Source: Spirochaetia bacterium (GTDB lineage Bacteria; Spirochaetota; Spirochaetia; CADAEX01). Taken from it: a DNA stretch of 64,000 nucleotides. The stretch spans positions 1,088,001 through 1,152,000 of the forward strand of contig OY759746.1 of NCBI GenBank assembly GCA_963662795.1, given 5' to 3'. Position numbers and translations under genes: made by a program. The number at the start of each line of letters is the position of its first letter. Position 1 is the stretch's first letter. Shown in pieces: positions 19,841 through 28,435 of this stretch. The notes beneath the pieces were generated by a model. That model had not been told where the DNA came from. It ran no database searches and saw only the letters and a list, made by a program, of their open reading frames with translations.

Positions 19841-21157
19841 TTATACTGATGCTTTTATGTCTGCAGTATCGCTCTGGAGTTCCGCACTTGCGATATTTGC
19901 CCTCGCAAGCTTCCTGGAAAGCAGCTTGGCAAGAAACAGGCCGTACTGGGGATATTTCTTTATTATGTCAATAAAATTCTTTCTCGGCACTTTTATCATT
20001 ATACCATCTGTTTCTGCTATTACTGTTGCGCTTCTTTCATTGTTGAGGAAAAAAGACATTTCACCCATGAAGACGTCAGCAGGATTCAGTGTCCCTACTT
20101 TCTTGTCCCTGTGCCATACGCTGTACCTGCCGGAAGAAATGTAATAGAGTGAATCCCCTATTTCACCTTCCCTGCAGACAATATTGCCTTTTTTCATATA
20201 GATCATCTCTTCTTCGGAGAAACCTTCGGGTGCTTCACGGGAAGCGTCTTTTTCATGCCTGATCTGCAAAAGTACGGCATTCCCTTTAAGGTTATAGGCA
20301 ACCCTTTCGGCAAAAACACTTGCCATTCTTATTCCCCTGCCGTGAAGAGCATAAGCGCCCTCTTTTTCGATCTTTGCCTTTAATTTATAGATATCAAAGC
20401 CGGAACCCTCATCTCTTATTATGAATTTGCTCCTGGTCCTTGTTATATCCCATTCGACCCTGACCCTCTTTCTCTCAATATCCTCATTACGGCATTTATC
20501 AGCAATAAGATCCATAATGTTGCCGCCGCCATCGAGAAAAGCTGTTTTTTCATCAAAGGTTATCCCGCAATTCCCGTGTTCAATTCCATTGATTATAAGT
20601 TCCGAAAGGATAAGCTGCAGATGCATTCTTGATTCAGGTTTCACAAGTCCGCGCTGAAGAAGCATGGATGAGACAAGACCAGCATATATTGATACTGCAA
20701 AAGGATCATTACCAATTTCAAAAGACCCGACATCCTTGTCAAAGAGTTTTTCCGAAAGGTCCCTGTTGAAGACAATCTGCTTGTTTTCAAGGATTATCCC
20801 TACACATCTGGTTATTGATGTCCTGAAACGGATTGAATCAAGAAGAGACAATATATTGAATTCGGGGTATTTTTTCATAAGATCTTCTTCATTGGTCCTG
20901 TCCTGGTCAAAAATCCCGATAATCCCGAAATTGTTTATCCAGCTGTCTTTTCTGATTTTTTCCATGATGGAATCAATTTCAAGACCGGAATCCGAATAAT
21001 TAATTATTAAAAGTTCAGGAAGTTCAAAGTTGATAAAATCCAGAATATCATCTTCACAGCCGAGTATCTTGTAGTTTCTTATATTGTCACGGGCAAAAAG
21101 CCCTTTTATCTCCCTGTTTATCCCCTCTTCCGAATTAATAACCCCTATATAACTCAT
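19841..21157 (-). CDS. Signalling protein: receiver-like domain + HATPase_c (anti-sigma/Ser kinase-like) + cNMP-binding domain
   Basis: ELIINGIEHGN (N box), IRDEGSGFD (G1), HGRGI (G2); C-terminal REGEIGD...GEMSF...RSATV. Confidence 0.8.
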   Translation of the reverse strand: MSYIGVINSEEGINREIKGLFARDNIRNYKILGCEDDILDFINFELPELLIINYSDSGLEIDSIMEKIRKDSWINNFGIIGIFDQDRTNEEDLMKKYPEFNILSLLDSIRFRTSITRCVGIILENKQIVFNRDLSEKLFDKDVGSFEIGNDPFAVSIYAGLVSSMLLQRGLVKPESRMHLQLILSELIINGIEHGNCGITFDEKTAFLDGGGNIMDLIADKCRNEDIERKRVRVEWDITRTRSKFIIRDEGSGFDIYKLKAKIEKEGAYALHGRGIRMASVFAERVAYNLKGNAVLLQIRHEKDASREAPEGFSEEEMIYMKKGNIVCREGEIGDSLYYISSGRYSVWHRDKKVGTLNPADVFMGEMSFFLNNERSATVIAETDGIMIKVPRKNFIDIIKKYPQYGLFLAKLLSRKLARANIASAELQSDTADIKASV

Positions 21158-21313
21158 AAATACTCCATTAAATTCAATCTTTTTTAAAACAGCTGCTATT
21201 GACCTTACAGTTTAAAATGTATACATTCCTTGTTTTATTATTTTATATAATGAATTATCGGTAAATGAGCTTATAAATTATAGTTCCATAGAGTATTATT
21301 ATGGAGGTTAAGA

Positions 21314-22306
21314 ATGATAACACCCTATATCAAATCAATCGGTTATTATGTTCCTGAGAAAACTGTCTCAAATGATGATCTTGCAAAGGTTATGGATACT
21401 TCAGACGAGTGGATATTCTCCCACACAGGGATTAAAAACAGACATTTTGCTGGAGAAAATGAAAATAATTCCGATCTGGCGACAAAAGCCGCAGAAATCG
21501 CAATGAAAAAAGCAGGGATAACTGCGGATGATGTTGACATGATATTCGCATGTACCACAACACCTGATTATTTAAGTTTTCCTGCAACCGCCTGCATTGT
21601 ACAGGAGAATATCGGTGCAAAAAATGCCGGGGCTTTTGACTTAAGCGCTGCCTGTTCCGGATTTATTTACGGAGTTGAAACCGCATCTACCTACATAAAA
21701 TCAGGAGCTTACAAAAATATCATTGTAATTGGCTGCGAAGTCCTCAGCAGGATTATTGATATGTCAGACAGGAATACGGCAGTTCTTTTCGGAGACGGCG
21801 CCGGGGCAGTTGTAATATCACCCTGCGAAGACAACAAGGCAGGAAGCGCTATTGTTTCATCCCACCTGAGGTCTGAAGGGAGCGGAGCTGAATTCCTTAA
21901 AAGGCATGCCGGGGGGACGAAAAACCCGTTTATCCCCGGGAAAAGCGACCCGCAGGAGCTTTTTCTTTTTATGAACGGCAGGCAGGTATATAACTTTGCT
22001 ATTCGGGCAGTAACAGATACAGTCCTGTCCCTCATGGAAAACAACAATCTTAAAATTGATGATATCAGGTATATTTTCCCTCATCAGGCAAATATCAGGA
22101 TTATAGAAGGGGTTGCAAAAAGATCTTCTATCCCTATTGAAAAGTTTTATTTAAACATTGAGAGGTTTGCCAATACCTCAGCGGCAAGTATACCAATCGC
22201 GATCGGGGAGGCAGATGAAAAAAGCCTTCTTCAGAGGGGAGACAATATTTTAACGGTCGGATTCGGTGGCGGTCTTACTTACGGCGGCAATTACATCAGG
22301 TGGTAG
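21314..22306 (+). CDS. fabH: 3-oxoacyl-ACP synthase III
   Basis: AACSGF catalytic Cys, LFGDGAGA, PHQANIRI, ANTSAAS, GFGGGLT. Confidence 0.96.
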   Translation: MITPYIKSIGYYVPEKTVSNDDLAKVMDTSDEWIFSHTGIKNRHFAGENENNSDLATKAAEIAMKKAGITADDVDMIFACTTTPDYLSFPATACIVQENIGAKNAGAFDLSAACSGFIYGVETASTYIKSGAYKNIIVIGCEVLSRIIDMSDRNTAVLFGDGAGAVVISPCEDNKAGSAIVSSHLRSEGSGAEFLKRHAGGTKNPFIPGKSDPQELFLFMNGRQVYNFAIRAVTDTVLSLMENNNLKIDDIRYIFPHQANIRIIEGVAKRSSIPIEKFYLNIERFANTSAASIPIAIGEADEKSLLQRGDNILTVGFGGGLTYGGNYIRW

Positions 22307-22327
22307 TCTTTTCCTGATTCGCAGATT

Positions 22328-24283
22328 TCATTGCCCAGGGAACTGGCTGACAGTTTTGTATATACCGCTGTTGATGAAAAGTCTTACAACTTCGCTGTCA
22401 AGCCTGCCGGCAGAAGCTTCTTCCTGAAGTATTGCAGCGGCTTTTTCTGCCGGAACAGATTTTTTATAAGGCCTGTCGCTTGCAGTAAGCGCGTCAAAAA
22501 TATCAGAAACAGCCATGAGGCGTGATTCAAGCGGTATAGCATCACCTTTTATGCCGTCAGGATATCCGCTGCCGTCAAGAGCCTCATGGTGTCCTTTCGC
22601 AATTTCAGGAATCCAGGCCATATTTTCAGGCCATGGTATATTTTTAAGAAAGTCATAGGTATGTCTTGCGTGAGACATTATTTCTTCCCGCTCTTTCTGA
22701 GTCAGCGAGCCTCTTTTAACACTAAGGAATTCATATTCTGTTTCTGAAAGAAAATCATGGCTTTTTTCTTTCTTGATTTCAGCTAAAATATCTCCTGGTT
22801 CAGAATCAAGAACAGCAGGCTCATTGGCGGAAATTACCGTATCGCGGTATTTTTCAATTTTTGCTGTTTCAATCCCTTCCTGGACTATGAGATCTTCAAG
22901 TTTTACCTTATATCCAAGATCAGAAGAGTCAAGAGCAAGTCTTGCCTCAAGATATTTGATTTTTATATTGTTTTTAATGTTGTCAAATCTTAAGAGTATC
23001 TGTTCAAGCATCCCCGGATAAAGCTTTTTTGCTTTTACAAGTACATTTTCGCGTACCCCGACTTTTCCAAAATCATGAAGAAGACAGGCATAGCGAAGGC
23101 CTTTAAGCTGATCATCGGTAAATCTGACATCATTGAAGAACTCCTTATCCGCGGAAACTGCCTCGGCAAGCATTACAGTATACTTTGCTACTCTTGAAGA
23201 GTGGCCGCTTGTAGCCGGGTCCCTCTGCTCAATTGCTTTTGCTGAAGCCCTGACAAGGCATTCAAAAAGCTCTTCAATCTCATGATAAAGCTGGTTGTTG
23301 TCAAGCGAAACTGCAGCAAGTGAGGAGAGGGAAAGAACTATTTCCTCATCTGCCCGGTCGAAAGGGAGCACAGACTCTTCTGCAATATCATGACCGGATA
23401 AAACAATATTTTTTTCCCTTTTTTTGTTTATCAGCTGGATTACCCCGATTATTTTTTCCTTGTGATTTTTCATGGGTACCGTCAGCATGCTTTTTGTCCG
23501 GTATCCGGTACTTTCGTCATAGCTTTTATTAAAACTGTATTCAGCTGATGAGGGAATCGAATAGGCATCATCAAGTTTTATAACCTCTCCGGTAATTGCC
23601 ACATAACCGGCAATTGATTCTTTCTTGACCGGCATCCTGAATTCAGAAAAATCTGTGGGGTTTGAGTCGTTATGGGCTATTTTGAAAATCATCGAAACAG
23701 TCCCTGTTTTTTTATCAGGGTCAAGCAGATAAAGACTGCCTGCGTCAGATTTTGTAACTTCGCGTGTTTTAGCCATTATATAGTTCAGAAGTTTCGAGTT
23801 ATCCCGTTCAGCCGAGAGGGCTATCCCTACTTTCAGGAATTCCCTGTTAAGCTTTTCCTTTTTCTCAAGCTCAGTGCGGTAGTAGTTTTCCTGTTTTTTC
23901 TGAAGTAAAATATTGCCGTAATTCTCAAAAACCTGATTGAGAACTTCCATATCAGAATTTTCATTGAAACGAAAATAGATATTAAGCCTGGAGATTAGAT
24001 TGTTTTCTTCTGAATTGCCGCGGTCTCTTTTATTTCCGGCTTTGGTTTTTGTTTTTTTTTCAGAGAAAAACAGAACCGGATATTTTGCATTGATAATTTT
24101 TTCAAGGCCGGGACTGTCTGCATCGTATTGGCAGACTATCAGTCCGGAATCTTTTTCCATGACATCTGAAAAATCATCTGTTCTTATAATCTCTGTTTTG
24201 AAAAATGAGGTATTTTTTTCTGAAAAAAAAGGCAGATCATGGATCCTGCTGATATAGACAATATTGCGCATCGGTAGACTCAA
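22328..24283 (-). CDS. GAF + HD-GYP c-di-GMP phosphodiesterase
   Basis: GAF (SIAGYVA...TGYRTKSMLTVP...NKK), GHSSRVA, LLHDFGKVG, HHEALDGSGYP, RPYKK. Confidence 0.92.
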   Translation of the reverse strand: MSLPMRNIVYISRIHDLPFFSEKNTSFFKTEIIRTDDFSDVMEKDSGLIVCQYDADSPGLEKIINAKYPVLFFSEKKTKTKAGNKRDRGNSEENNLISRLNIYFRFNENSDMEVLNQVFENYGNILLQKKQENYYRTELEKKEKLNREFLKVGIALSAERDNSKLLNYIMAKTREVTKSDAGSLYLLDPDKKTGTVSMIFKIAHNDSNPTDFSEFRMPVKKESIAGYVAITGEVIKLDDAYSIPSSAEYSFNKSYDESTGYRTKSMLTVPMKNHKEKIIGVIQLINKKREKNIVLSGHDIAEESVLPFDRADEEIVLSLSSLAAVSLDNNQLYHEIEELFECLVRASAKAIEQRDPATSGHSSRVAKYTVMLAEAVSADKEFFNDVRFTDDQLKGLRYACLLHDFGKVGVRENVLVKAKKLYPGMLEQILLRFDNIKNNIKIKYLEARLALDSSDLGYKVKLEDLIVQEGIETAKIEKYRDTVISANEPAVLDSEPGDILAEIKKEKSHDFLSETEYEFLSVKRGSLTQKEREEIMSHARHTYDFLKNIPWPENMAWIPEIAKGHHEALDGSGYPDGIKGDAIPLESRLMAVSDIFDALTASDRPYKKSVPAEKAAAILQEEASAGRLDSEVVRLFINSGIYKTVSQFPGQ

Positions 24284-24336
24284 TCTCCATTTATAATCCG
24301 GCAGATATATATTTTTCGGCAGGGAAGGGGTTTATT

Positions 24337-25128
24337 CTAACCTCTTTTTGTAAATCGCTCCCTGATTACAGGACAAAAAATGCTTCTGCCTGATACTATA
24401 TAATCTCTGCAAACAGAGCGGTCATAGAGCTCGCTGTAGTCTACGTCCTTTCCGCTGTAATAGGAGAACTCAAGACCGGCCCTTTTTACTATAGCATGCG
24501 CGGCCGCGATATCCCAGATATTGCATGGCGGAATAATTGTTCCTGCTACTGCGCTGTGGAGAAGAGGAGATACAATATTAAGGACAGCAGCACCGGCAGT
24601 CCTTATTTTTCCCTTAAACTGAGAAAAGTCAAATTTATGGTGCAGCCGTGAACCGGTCATCACCTGTATCCCTTCAGGTTCATCTTCCATTTCAAGATCC
24701 GCAGGGTTCAATTCAACTCCGTTTACTGAAACAGGGGAATCCAGATCACAGAATAAGAATGATCCGTTTTTACCTCCCCAAAGGGGAGCATAAACTATCC
24801 CGCCGACAGGCTGGTTGTTTTTAAGCAGCCCGACAGAGACGCACCAGCCCGGCATAAACTGGCTGAAAGAATCTGTCCCGTCGATCGGATCAACGGCAAA
24901 ACAGTATTCCCTGCTGTTATCATAACTTCCGGCTGTCTCTTCAGTTACAAGATTAGCCTCCGGATAAAGCGATGTAATAGCCTTTGAAAGGTATTCATTG
25001 AGTTCCCTGTCTATATGGGTTATTACGGATCCGTCTTTTTTAAAGCTGCGCCTTACTTCGAGCTGCCCTTCGGCCGCCCTGTCGCCGGCGTTTTTCACAA
25101 ATTCCAAAAGTGGTTTGATTGTTTTCAT
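24337..25128 (-). CDS. Inositol monophosphatase family protein
   Basis: TEE, DPIDGT, WDIAAA motifs. Confidence 0.9.
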   Translation of the reverse strand: MKTIKPLLEFVKNAGDRAAEGQLEVRRSFKKDGSVITHIDRELNEYLSKAITSLYPEANLVTEETAGSYDNSREYCFAVDPIDGTDSFSQFMPGWCVSVGLLKNNQPVGGIVYAPLWGGKNGSFLFCDLDSPVSVNGVELNPADLEMEDEPEGIQVMTGSRLHHKFDFSQFKGKIRTAGAAVLNIVSPLLHSAVAGTIIPPCNIWDIAAAHAIVKRAGLEFSYYSGKDVDYSELYDRSVCRDYIVSGRSIFCPVIRERFTKRG

Positions 25129-25249
25129 ATATGTTCCTAACTATAAATAAAATACTGCGGCAATGCAAGACAGATATAAATCCGGTGCTCCTGCATGATA
25201 ACAAGTGAACACATAACAAAATAAATTTAAACCGTATAATAAGGAATTG

Positions 25250-25278
25250 TTGATTTAATAGCGTTATAATAGTAATAT
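25250..25278 (+). promoter_or_regulatory. Probable sigma70 promoter of tRNA-Ala
   Basis: TTGATT-N17-TAATAT, ending 17 nt upstream of the tRNA. Confidence 0.45.
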
Positions 25279-25295
25279 ACTGAATATGTAAAAAG

Positions 25296-25369
25296 GGGGG
25301 TGTAGCTCAGTTGGCTAGAGCGCTTGAATGGCATTCAAGAGGCCGCGGGTTCAATTCCCACCACCTCCA
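25296..25369 (+). tRNA. tRNA-Ala (anticodon GGC), CCA not encoded
   Basis: Cloverleaf: acceptor GGGGGTG/CACCTCC with G3-U70, D stem GCTC/GAGC, anticodon arm CTTGA-AT GGC AT-TCAAG (A32/U38 typical of Ala-GGC), TTCAATT T-loop. Confidence 0.97.
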
Positions 25370-25377
25370 TAATAAAA

Positions 25378-27033
25378 ATGAGTGATTACAGAAACAACAG
25401 CAGACAATCAGAAAACAGCTCAAATGATATAGATCCTGAAATTGCGGACCTGATCGGTCTTGAAGAAACCGATCCTTCAGACAATCCCGCATTTCTCGAC
25501 TTGTTTTCAGATGAAAAACAGGATGAAGAGATATTTCTCCCTGATGACGATATCGGAAAACAAAAATTCCCGGAAATAACCAGGATTGAAGACGAGCCCA
25601 AACCATACTTTAATGACAAGGAATACTATAAAACAGCGCTTTCAGGAGAAGGCGCTGTTTCACAGAGGTTCCATTCTCTCCTTTCAGACTTTCTCAAGGC
25701 AGATAACCCTAAAGACAAGACTCTCTTCAGGGAGAGGCTGATCCTTTCATACTGGGAGCTTGCATCCTCTATAGCCGGTAAAATAAACAGTTCAATACCA
25801 ATACCCAAGAAAATGCTTCTCAGGTTCGGTGTAGTACTGCCTACCCTTATAAACAAAGAGCAGCGATTTGTATTATCAAAAATCATAATGGAAAATGAAA
25901 CCGGTGAACCTGTATATTATACAGATGAATGGCTTAACAAGATTGCATCCGGCGAAATTGCTCCTTCTGTAACTGATGAAACCAAAAAAATTAAAGGCAA
26001 TCAAGGCAGAAAAATAAATATGAGCCTTGAAAAAGAGCGCGGACACCGGGATGCCGTGTTCGGGCTGATTAAAAGCAAAATATCTGCAATTACAGATATC
26101 GAAAATTCTCTTGCCGAAAAAATATCATTTATAAAAAAACACGCGCTGCTGGCAAAATACGGCAATATATCCGCCCCGTACGCACCGGAACAGAAAACAG
26201 CCCTTTCAGAGATGCAGGAGCTGCTCAGAAGACTTTCGCAATATGACAGGGAACTTTCGACTGCTGTCGAAAACATGGATACCGCGGTAGAAAAAATAAA
26301 AGAACTTGAACAGAAATCAAAGGATGAAGGAGAAGCAGGCTCTGTAGACCAGCAGGTTATCATAGAAGAGTTTATGACTGTAAAGCAGATGGCAAAGATG
26401 AGTGTCGGGAGAAAGGGGAATCATCTGCCGATTCTCATGCAGCAGTACATGCGGGCAAATATCCGGGAAATAGCTACACGTGAAAATGTAATAAACACAA
26501 TGGCTGAAATTGAAAAGATTGATCCCGGTCTTTTCAGGAGGACATTCAAACGGCAGACTAACAGGATTATTCCACATACCATAATACTCCCCTGCTACGG
26601 CGAGTTTGGAATATGCTGGGAACCCTTCCAGAAATTCAACAGGGCAACCAGCAGAGGACGAATCGGCATACCGCTTTATCCCAAAGATCTTAAAACTGCA
26701 ATTATTTACGCCCTGGGTGATTTAAGATGGCAGGTTGCAAAAGAAACTGCATCCTATTACTGGATGGAAGAAGGTCTCACCGGCTGGTATTACCAGTGGT
26801 TTACAGACCAGAAAAGAAGGGGAGATGTCAAGGAATCATTTATAGCCGACTATTACCTCTGGCTGACAAAAGAAGCAGATGGAATGCAGAAGCTTGACAA
26901 GGATGTACGAGGTGTTTTCTGGAGAAATATACCCTTCCCTCAGGAACTTAAAGAGAAACTCAGGAACAGGGGATTTGTTTATAACGAGCTTTACAAGAAA
27001 GACATGAACATAGCCATGTCAGACGGTTATTGA
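25378..27033 (+). CDS. Conserved hypothetical cytoplasmic protein with central coiled coil
   Basis: 551-aa ORF. Start reassigned to ATG 25378 because the track start (25324) lies inside the tRNA. Confidence 0.8.
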   Translation: MSDYRNNSRQSENSSNDIDPEIADLIGLEETDPSDNPAFLDLFSDEKQDEEIFLPDDDIGKQKFPEITRIEDEPKPYFNDKEYYKTALSGEGAVSQRFHSLLSDFLKADNPKDKTLFRERLILSYWELASSIAGKINSSIPIPKKMLLRFGVVLPTLINKEQRFVLSKIIMENETGEPVYYTDEWLNKIASGEIAPSVTDETKKIKGNQGRKINMSLEKERGHRDAVFGLIKSKISAITDIENSLAEKISFIKKHALLAKYGNISAPYAPEQKTALSEMQELLRRLSQYDRELSTAVENMDTAVEKIKELEQKSKDEGEAGSVDQQVIIEEFMTVKQMAKMSVGRKGNHLPILMQQYMRANIREIATRENVINTMAEIEKIDPGLFRRTFKRQTNRIIPHTIILPCYGEFGICWEPFQKFNRATSRGRIGIPLYPKDLKTAIIYALGDLRWQVAKETASYYWMEEGLTGWYYQWFTDQKRRGDVKESFIADYYLWLTKEADGMQKLDKDVRGVFWRNIPFPQELKEKLRNRGFVYNELYKKDMNIAMSDGY

Positions 27034-27068
27034 TTTTCTTTCAGTATGGCTGGAGCCTGACGGCATCT

Positions 27069-27575
27069 TTACCGATTCTCTTTTTTTACCCATATCATTG
27101 TAAGAAAAAGGAAAAACCCGAAAACAACTATCGAAGAGTCTGCAATATTAAAAGTAGGCCACCTTTCAAGGCCGAAGATGCCGTAGAATTTCACATCAAT
27201 AAAATCCACAACTCCCTCAGGTCTGAAGAAGCGGTCAATCAGGTTCCCAAGTCCTCCGCCGACAATTCCCCCAAGAGCCCATCTCTGCGGCATGGTTATT
27301 TCATCGGTTTTGATAATATAGATTATAAGCAGAAACAGTATTAAAAGCGGGAGAAATGAAAACAGGGCGGTACGGAAACCGTCCGGCAGATTCTGGCCCA
27401 GGCTGAATGCTATAGCCTTGTTTCTCACGTGAATAATTCTCAGAAAACCGTTAAGAAATGAATATTTTATAGTATAAGGTTCAATCCCGGCTACTATCAG
27501 GAATTTGGTCAACTGGTCAAAAATTATAACAAAAAAAGTAAGACTGAACGGTATTAGTTTATCTTTCAGTTTCAT
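27069..27575 (-). CDS. lspA: Lipoprotein signal peptidase II
   Basis: DQLTK, N..IAFS, GNLIDR, VVDFI, FNIADS. Confidence 0.95.
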   Translation of the reverse strand: MKLKDKLIPFSLTFFVIIFDQLTKFLIVAGIEPYTIKYSFLNGFLRIIHVRNKAIAFSLGQNLPDGFRTALFSFLPLLILFLLIIYIIKTDEITMPQRWALGGIVGGGLGNLIDRFFRPEGVVDFIDVKFYGIFGLERWPTFNIADSSIVVFGFFLFLTMIWVKKENR

Positions 27576-27607
27576 TGTAAACCCCAAAGCTGTATTTTTT
27601 TCGGATA

Positions 27608-28369
27608 CTATAATCCGGTCGGTATATCAATGAAACAGGTGTCAAGGGCAAGTTTTTCCCTTACTGTTTTTTCTACATTCTTTATACCAAATATTTCTGT
27701 AAGATAATGTCCGGCAGATATTACATTTATACCGGCTTCAAGGCATTGATGATATATCTGGTGAGATATCTCGCCTGTTATGTACAGATCAAGCTCTTCA
27801 TCAATAGCCTGCTCTACTTCCCGGCAGGCGCCCCCTGTAATGACACCGGCGCTCATGTTTTTTTCGGGTCCGAATTTCAATACGGAAAGGATATCCGTGT
27901 TTTTTAAACCGAAGGCGGCTATAACCTCTTCGCAGGTTTTCCCTTCAGGGAAAATTCCCTTAAATCCGATTTTTTTCCCGTGATACTCGCCAAAAGGCTT
28001 CAGATTTTCAAGTCCTGCTTTTACTGCAGCTGAAACATTATTGCCGAGGAGAGGGTCCATATCAAGCGGCAGATGGGCTGCGTATAACGATAAATTATTC
28101 TCAAGCATAAAAGAAAGGCGTCTGAAATAATCTCCTGTTATGGTTTTTTCAGTTCCCCAGAAAATCCCGTGATGGACAAAAAGCATATCCGCGCCATGCT
28201 GTGCAGCCCTTTTAAATGCCTCAAGCGATGCATCAACAGCAAAAGCGATCTTTTTAACTTTCCCTGTTCTGTTCGAAACCTGAAGTCCGTTTAATGACCT
28301 GTCAAAGCTTCTCATTTCGTCGATATTCAGAATAGAGCGAAAAAAGCTGTCAACTTCCTTAATATCCAT
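27608..28369 (-). CDS. Nif3-like dinuclear metal-centre protein (YbgI family)
   Basis: NGLQV, VHHGIFW, AHLPLD, TGE, AGHYLTE. Confidence 0.92.
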   Translation of the reverse strand: MDIKEVDSFFRSILNIDEMRSFDRSLNGLQVSNRTGKVKKIAFAVDASLEAFKRAAQHGADMLFVHHGIFWGTEKTITGDYFRRLSFMLENNLSLYAAHLPLDMDPLLGNNVSAAVKAGLENLKPFGEYHGKKIGFKGIFPEGKTCEEVIAAFGLKNTDILSVLKFGPEKNMSAGVITGGACREVEQAIDEELDLYITGEISHQIYHQCLEAGINVISAGHYLTEIFGIKNVEKTVREKLALDTCFIDIPTGL

Positions 28370-28376
28370 ATAATTT

Positions 28377-28429
28377 ATTATATATTTTTATATCATCCTT
28401 GACAACAAACACTTCCTTTACAATATTAT
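28377..28429. promoter_or_regulatory. Overlapping divergent sigma70 promoters (nif3-like and lon-like), both apparently leaderless
   Basis: Minus: TTGTCA(28405-28400)-N17-TATAAT-N7-ATG. Plus: TTGACA(28399-28404) and TATTAT(28424-28429)-N6-ATG, with a long 19-nt spacer. Confidence 0.55.
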
Positions 28430-28435
28430 TCTTTT

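Noticed and set aside
21255-21282. Possible sigma28 promoter (ACCGATAA) upstream of the cNMP/HATPase gene
   Set aside because: One mismatch in the -10, no clear TAAA at proper spacing, very AT-rich context.
25296-25369. tRNA as an integration site for a genomic island
   Set aside because: No integrase nearby and no duplicated tRNA 3' end seen in the window.
25324-25377. ORF-track N-terminal extension of the 569-aa ORF, and the antisense ORF 25307-25606
   Set aside because: Both overlap the tRNA-Ala; ATG 25378 is the plausible start.
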